Below, in pieces: positions 61,672 to 64,000 of a stretch of 64,000 nt of DNA. The DNA lies in the NCBI GenBank assembly GCA_963664825.1, contig OY761614.1:160001-224000 (forward strand), given 5' to 3'. Under the pieces are notes generated by a model that was not told where the DNA came from, did not search any database, and saw only the letters and a list, made by a program, of their open reading frames with translations. Origin of the DNA: an uncultured Holophaga sp. (GTDB lineage Bacteria; Acidobacteriota; Holophagae; Holophagales; Holophagaceae). Position 1 is the stretch's first letter; each line of letters starts with the position of its first letter. The position numbers and the translations under genes are program-made.

Positions 61672-62832
61672 TTAGAGGCTCTTGAGGGCTATCAGTTCCT
61701 GGGGGTTCAGATAGCGCCATTCGCCGGGCTTCAAGTAGGGATCGTCCAGGGGCCCGAACTGGACGCGGCGCAGCTTGTGGACGGGGTGTCCCACGGCGGC
61801 AAACATCTTGCGGATCTGCTGGTTCTTGCCCTCGACCAGGGTGATCTTGAACCAGGGGTTGTTGTCCTGCTTATCGAAGAGCTCGATGCCGCAGGGCTTG
61901 AGACGACGTCCATCCAGGCGGAAGCCTTCCCGCATCTCGTCTAATGTTTCCGGCCGGGGCACGCGATGGATCTTCACCAGGTAGACCTTGGGAATATGGT
62001 TTTCAGGGTTCGCCAGGTGCTGGGCCATTTCGCCATCATTGGTCATCAGCAGCAGGCCTTCGGAATTGAAATCGAGGCGGCCCACGGGATAGACCCGAGC
62101 CTCCACGCCCGAGAGCAGGGCCATGATGGTGGGGCGCCCCTGGTCATCCTTGACGGTGGTCACGTAGCCCTTGGGCTTGTTGATCAGGATGTAGACGGGG
62201 GCTTCCCGCTGGATGGGCTGGAGATTGAGGGTGATCGAATCCCGGCGGGGGTCGGCCTTGGCGCCGAGTTCGGTGATGGTGACGCCATTGACCTGCACCT
62301 TCCCCTCGAGAATCAATTCCTCGCAGGACCGGCGACTCGCCACGCCCGCATGGGCGAGGATCTTCTGGAGGCGCTCCAGACCCGGAGCCGAGGGGAGCGC
62401 CCTGGGCGTCACCGCACTGCGCGCGGCGCCCTCGGGGCGGGGAGGCCGCACACTTAAGGGCCTGCCTGCGGGACGGGAGGGACGGTCTGGCCTGGCCTCG
62501 GGATTCGTGGAGCGGACTTCCGCCCGATCGGGACGATTCGCGGAACGCAGCGGCCTGGATTCCGTGCGGGCAGTGCGACTCTCGGATCGAGGCGCCCGGG
62601 ACTCGGCACGGGCGGACCTGCCTTCGGACCGTCGGGATTCGGTGCGGGCGGGTCGATCTTCGGACCTGGGACCTCGGGACTCGGCACGAACGGGCCTGCC
62701 TTCGGAACGGGGACCTCGGGATTCGGTGCGAGCATTCGGGGCCTTCGTCTCGCGTTTCGCCCCCGGAGTCCCCTTCCCTGAGGAGCGTTCCCCGTCGGTG
62801 CGTTTCGGCATCGCTTTTACGAATCTGGCCAT
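61672..62832 (-). CDS. rluB: rRNA pseudouridine synthase (RluB/RsuA family) with repetitive N-terminal extension
   Basis: S4 domain ERLQK.LA.AG..SRR, NKPKG, VGRLD.NSEGL, EGKN.QIR.M. Confidence 0.88.
   Translation of the reverse strand: MARFVKAMPKRTDGERSSGKGTPGAKRETKAPNARTESRGPRSEGRPVRAESRGPRSEDRPARTESRRSEGRSARAESRAPRSESRTARTESRPLRSANRPDRAEVRSTNPEARPDRPSRPAGRPLSVRPPRPEGAARSAVTPRALPSAPGLERLQKILAHAGVASRRSCEELILEGKVQVNGVTITELGAKADPRRDSITLNLQPIQREAPVYILINKPKGYVTTVKDDQGRPTIMALLSGVEARVYPVGRLDFNSEGLLLMTNDGEMAQHLANPENHIPKVYLVKIHRVPRPETLDEMREGFRLDGRRLKPCGIELFDKQDNNPWFKITLVEGKNQQIRKMFAAVGHPVHKLRRVQFGPLDDPYLKPGEWRYLNPQELIALKSL
62488..62733 (-). repeat. About six tandem 42-bp (14-aa) degenerate repeats in the rluB N-terminus
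   Basis: ARTESRGPRSEGRP / VRAESRGPRSEDRP / ARTESRRSEGRS / ARAESRAPRSESRT / ARTESRPLRSANRP / DRAEVRSTNPEARP. Confidence 0.8.
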
Positions 62833-63036
62833 GAATACTCCCTCGGCGTCTCACGACGCGAATCGAAGATTGTCTCATGGTTGCCCCCCTTTGGGGAGAG
62901 ATATCGCCCCCCCTGCGCCCCCTCGGCCCAGAATGGTCCGGTAGAGGAAAAATCCGCGCTGCTAGAGGCTATTGGGACTCCGAAACAGACCCCGTTCGCG
63001 GTACACTCAGGGGTTTTCTTTCTTTGAGGAGTCCCT

Positions 63037-64000
63037 GTGACGAAATACGTCTATTCCTTCGGCGGTAACCGAAACGAAGGCAGCGCCTCGATGCGCAATC
63101 TGCTCGGTGGCAAGGGCTGCAACCTGGCGGAAATGGCCAGCCTGGATATCCCCGTGCCTCCCGGTTTCACCGTCACCACCGACGTCTGCACCCTGTACAA
63201 CCAGGCCGGCAAGCAGCTGCCCGCCGAAGTGATCGATCAGATCAAGGAAGCCCTCACGTGGCTGGAAGGCGCCCGCGGCAAGAAGCTGGGCGACGCCACC
63301 AATCCGCTCCTGGTTTCCGTCCGCTCCGGCGCCCGGGATTCCATGCCCGGCATGATGGACACGGTGCTGAACCTGGGCCTGAACGACCAGACGGTCGAGG
63401 GCCTGGCCAAGGCCAGCGGCAATGCCCGCTTCGCCTACGACAGCTACCGCCGCTTCATCATGATGTACTCCGACGTGGTGATGGACGTCCACAAGGACAA
63501 CTTCGAAGAGAAGATCGACGCGCTGAAGGCCAAGACCGGCAAGAAGCTGGACACTGAGATCACCGCCGAGGAATGGAAAGCGCTCTGCGGCGAATTCAAG
63601 GCCATCGTCAAAGCCAAGCTCGGAAAGGACTTCCCCCAGGATCCCTGGGAGCAGCTCCTGGGCGGAGTCTGCGCCGTGTTCAATAGCTGGGACACCGAGC
63701 GCGCCATCATCTATCGCCGCATGAACCGCATCCCCGACGAGTGGGGCACGGCCGTCAACGTGCAGACCATGGTCTTCGGCAACATGGGCGATGACTGCGG
63801 CACAGGCGTAGCGTTCACCCGCGACCCCGGCACGGGCGAGCCTTATTTCTACGGCGAATACCTGATCAATGCCCAGGGTGAAGACGTCGTCGCCGGCGTG
63901 CGCACCCCCCAGCCCATCACCAATTACCAGGCGGCCGATAGCGGCTTGAAGAGCCTGGAAGAGGCCATGCCCGAGGTCTTCAAGACCCTCCTGGACACCT
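63037..64000 (+). CDS. ppdK: Pyruvate, phosphate dikinase (5' part, runs off window)
   Basis: GTG after [14 protein letters not shown]...[12 protein letters not shown]...[39 protein letters not shown]. Confidence 0.95.
   Translation, partial: MTKYVYSFGGNRNEGSASMRNLLGGKGCNLAEMASLDIPVPPGFTVTTDVCTLYNQAGKQLPAEVIDQIKEALTWLEGARGKKLGDATNPLLVSVRSGARDSMPGMMDTVLNLGLNDQTVEGLAKASGNARFAYDSYRRFIMMYSDVVMDVHKDNFEEKIDALKAKTGKKLDTEITAEEWKALCGEFKAIVKAKLGKDFPQDPWEQLLGGVCAVFNSWDTERAIIYRRMNRIPDEWGTAVNVQTMVFGNMGDDCGTGVAFTRDPGTGEPYFYGEYLINAQGEDVVAGVRTPQPITNYQAADSGLKSLEEAMPEVFKTLLDT

Noticed and set aside
1..64000. CRISPR array, prophage or known anti-phage defence genes
   Set aside because: No regularly spaced repeat-spacer units and no cas, phage or recognisable defence motifs; the tandem repeats found are intragenic.

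Overview
High-GC bacterial chromosomal window; the gene content suggests Holophagaceae (Geothrix/Holophaga-like Acidobacteriota), which is an inference. From left to right: the right end of an IS66 element that has truncated the last visible gene of a yfa/mag-type alpha-2-macroglobulin operon; hutI; a split 5'-nucleotidase; a hemerythrin divergent from a five-gene two-component/HDOD/degenerate HD-GYP operon; a large Ig-repeat surface endonuclease; an aminotransferase; and a stand-alone MprF-type (DUF2156) aminoacyl-transferase domain. Further right are yvcK, a NatAB-like ABC pair, uppP, a Bcr/lantibiotic-type ABC operon whose permease is split by an intact ISL3 (8-bp target duplication), ltaE, a phosphate cluster (porin, phoU-pstBACS, pit, DUF47) with three 11-bp-periodic Pho-box-like arrays, murG, etfBA, rluB and the start of ppdK. 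The most striking observation is a 77-nt tRNA(Lys,CTT)-like gene at 30088-30164 (-), invisible to the ORF track. All its stems pair, but it has a 6-bp T-stem, C33, U37 and C19, and it overlaps tail-to-tail the soluble MprF-type aminoacyl-tRNA-dependent transferase gene. This suggests a dedicated non-ribosomal tRNA/transferase pair.
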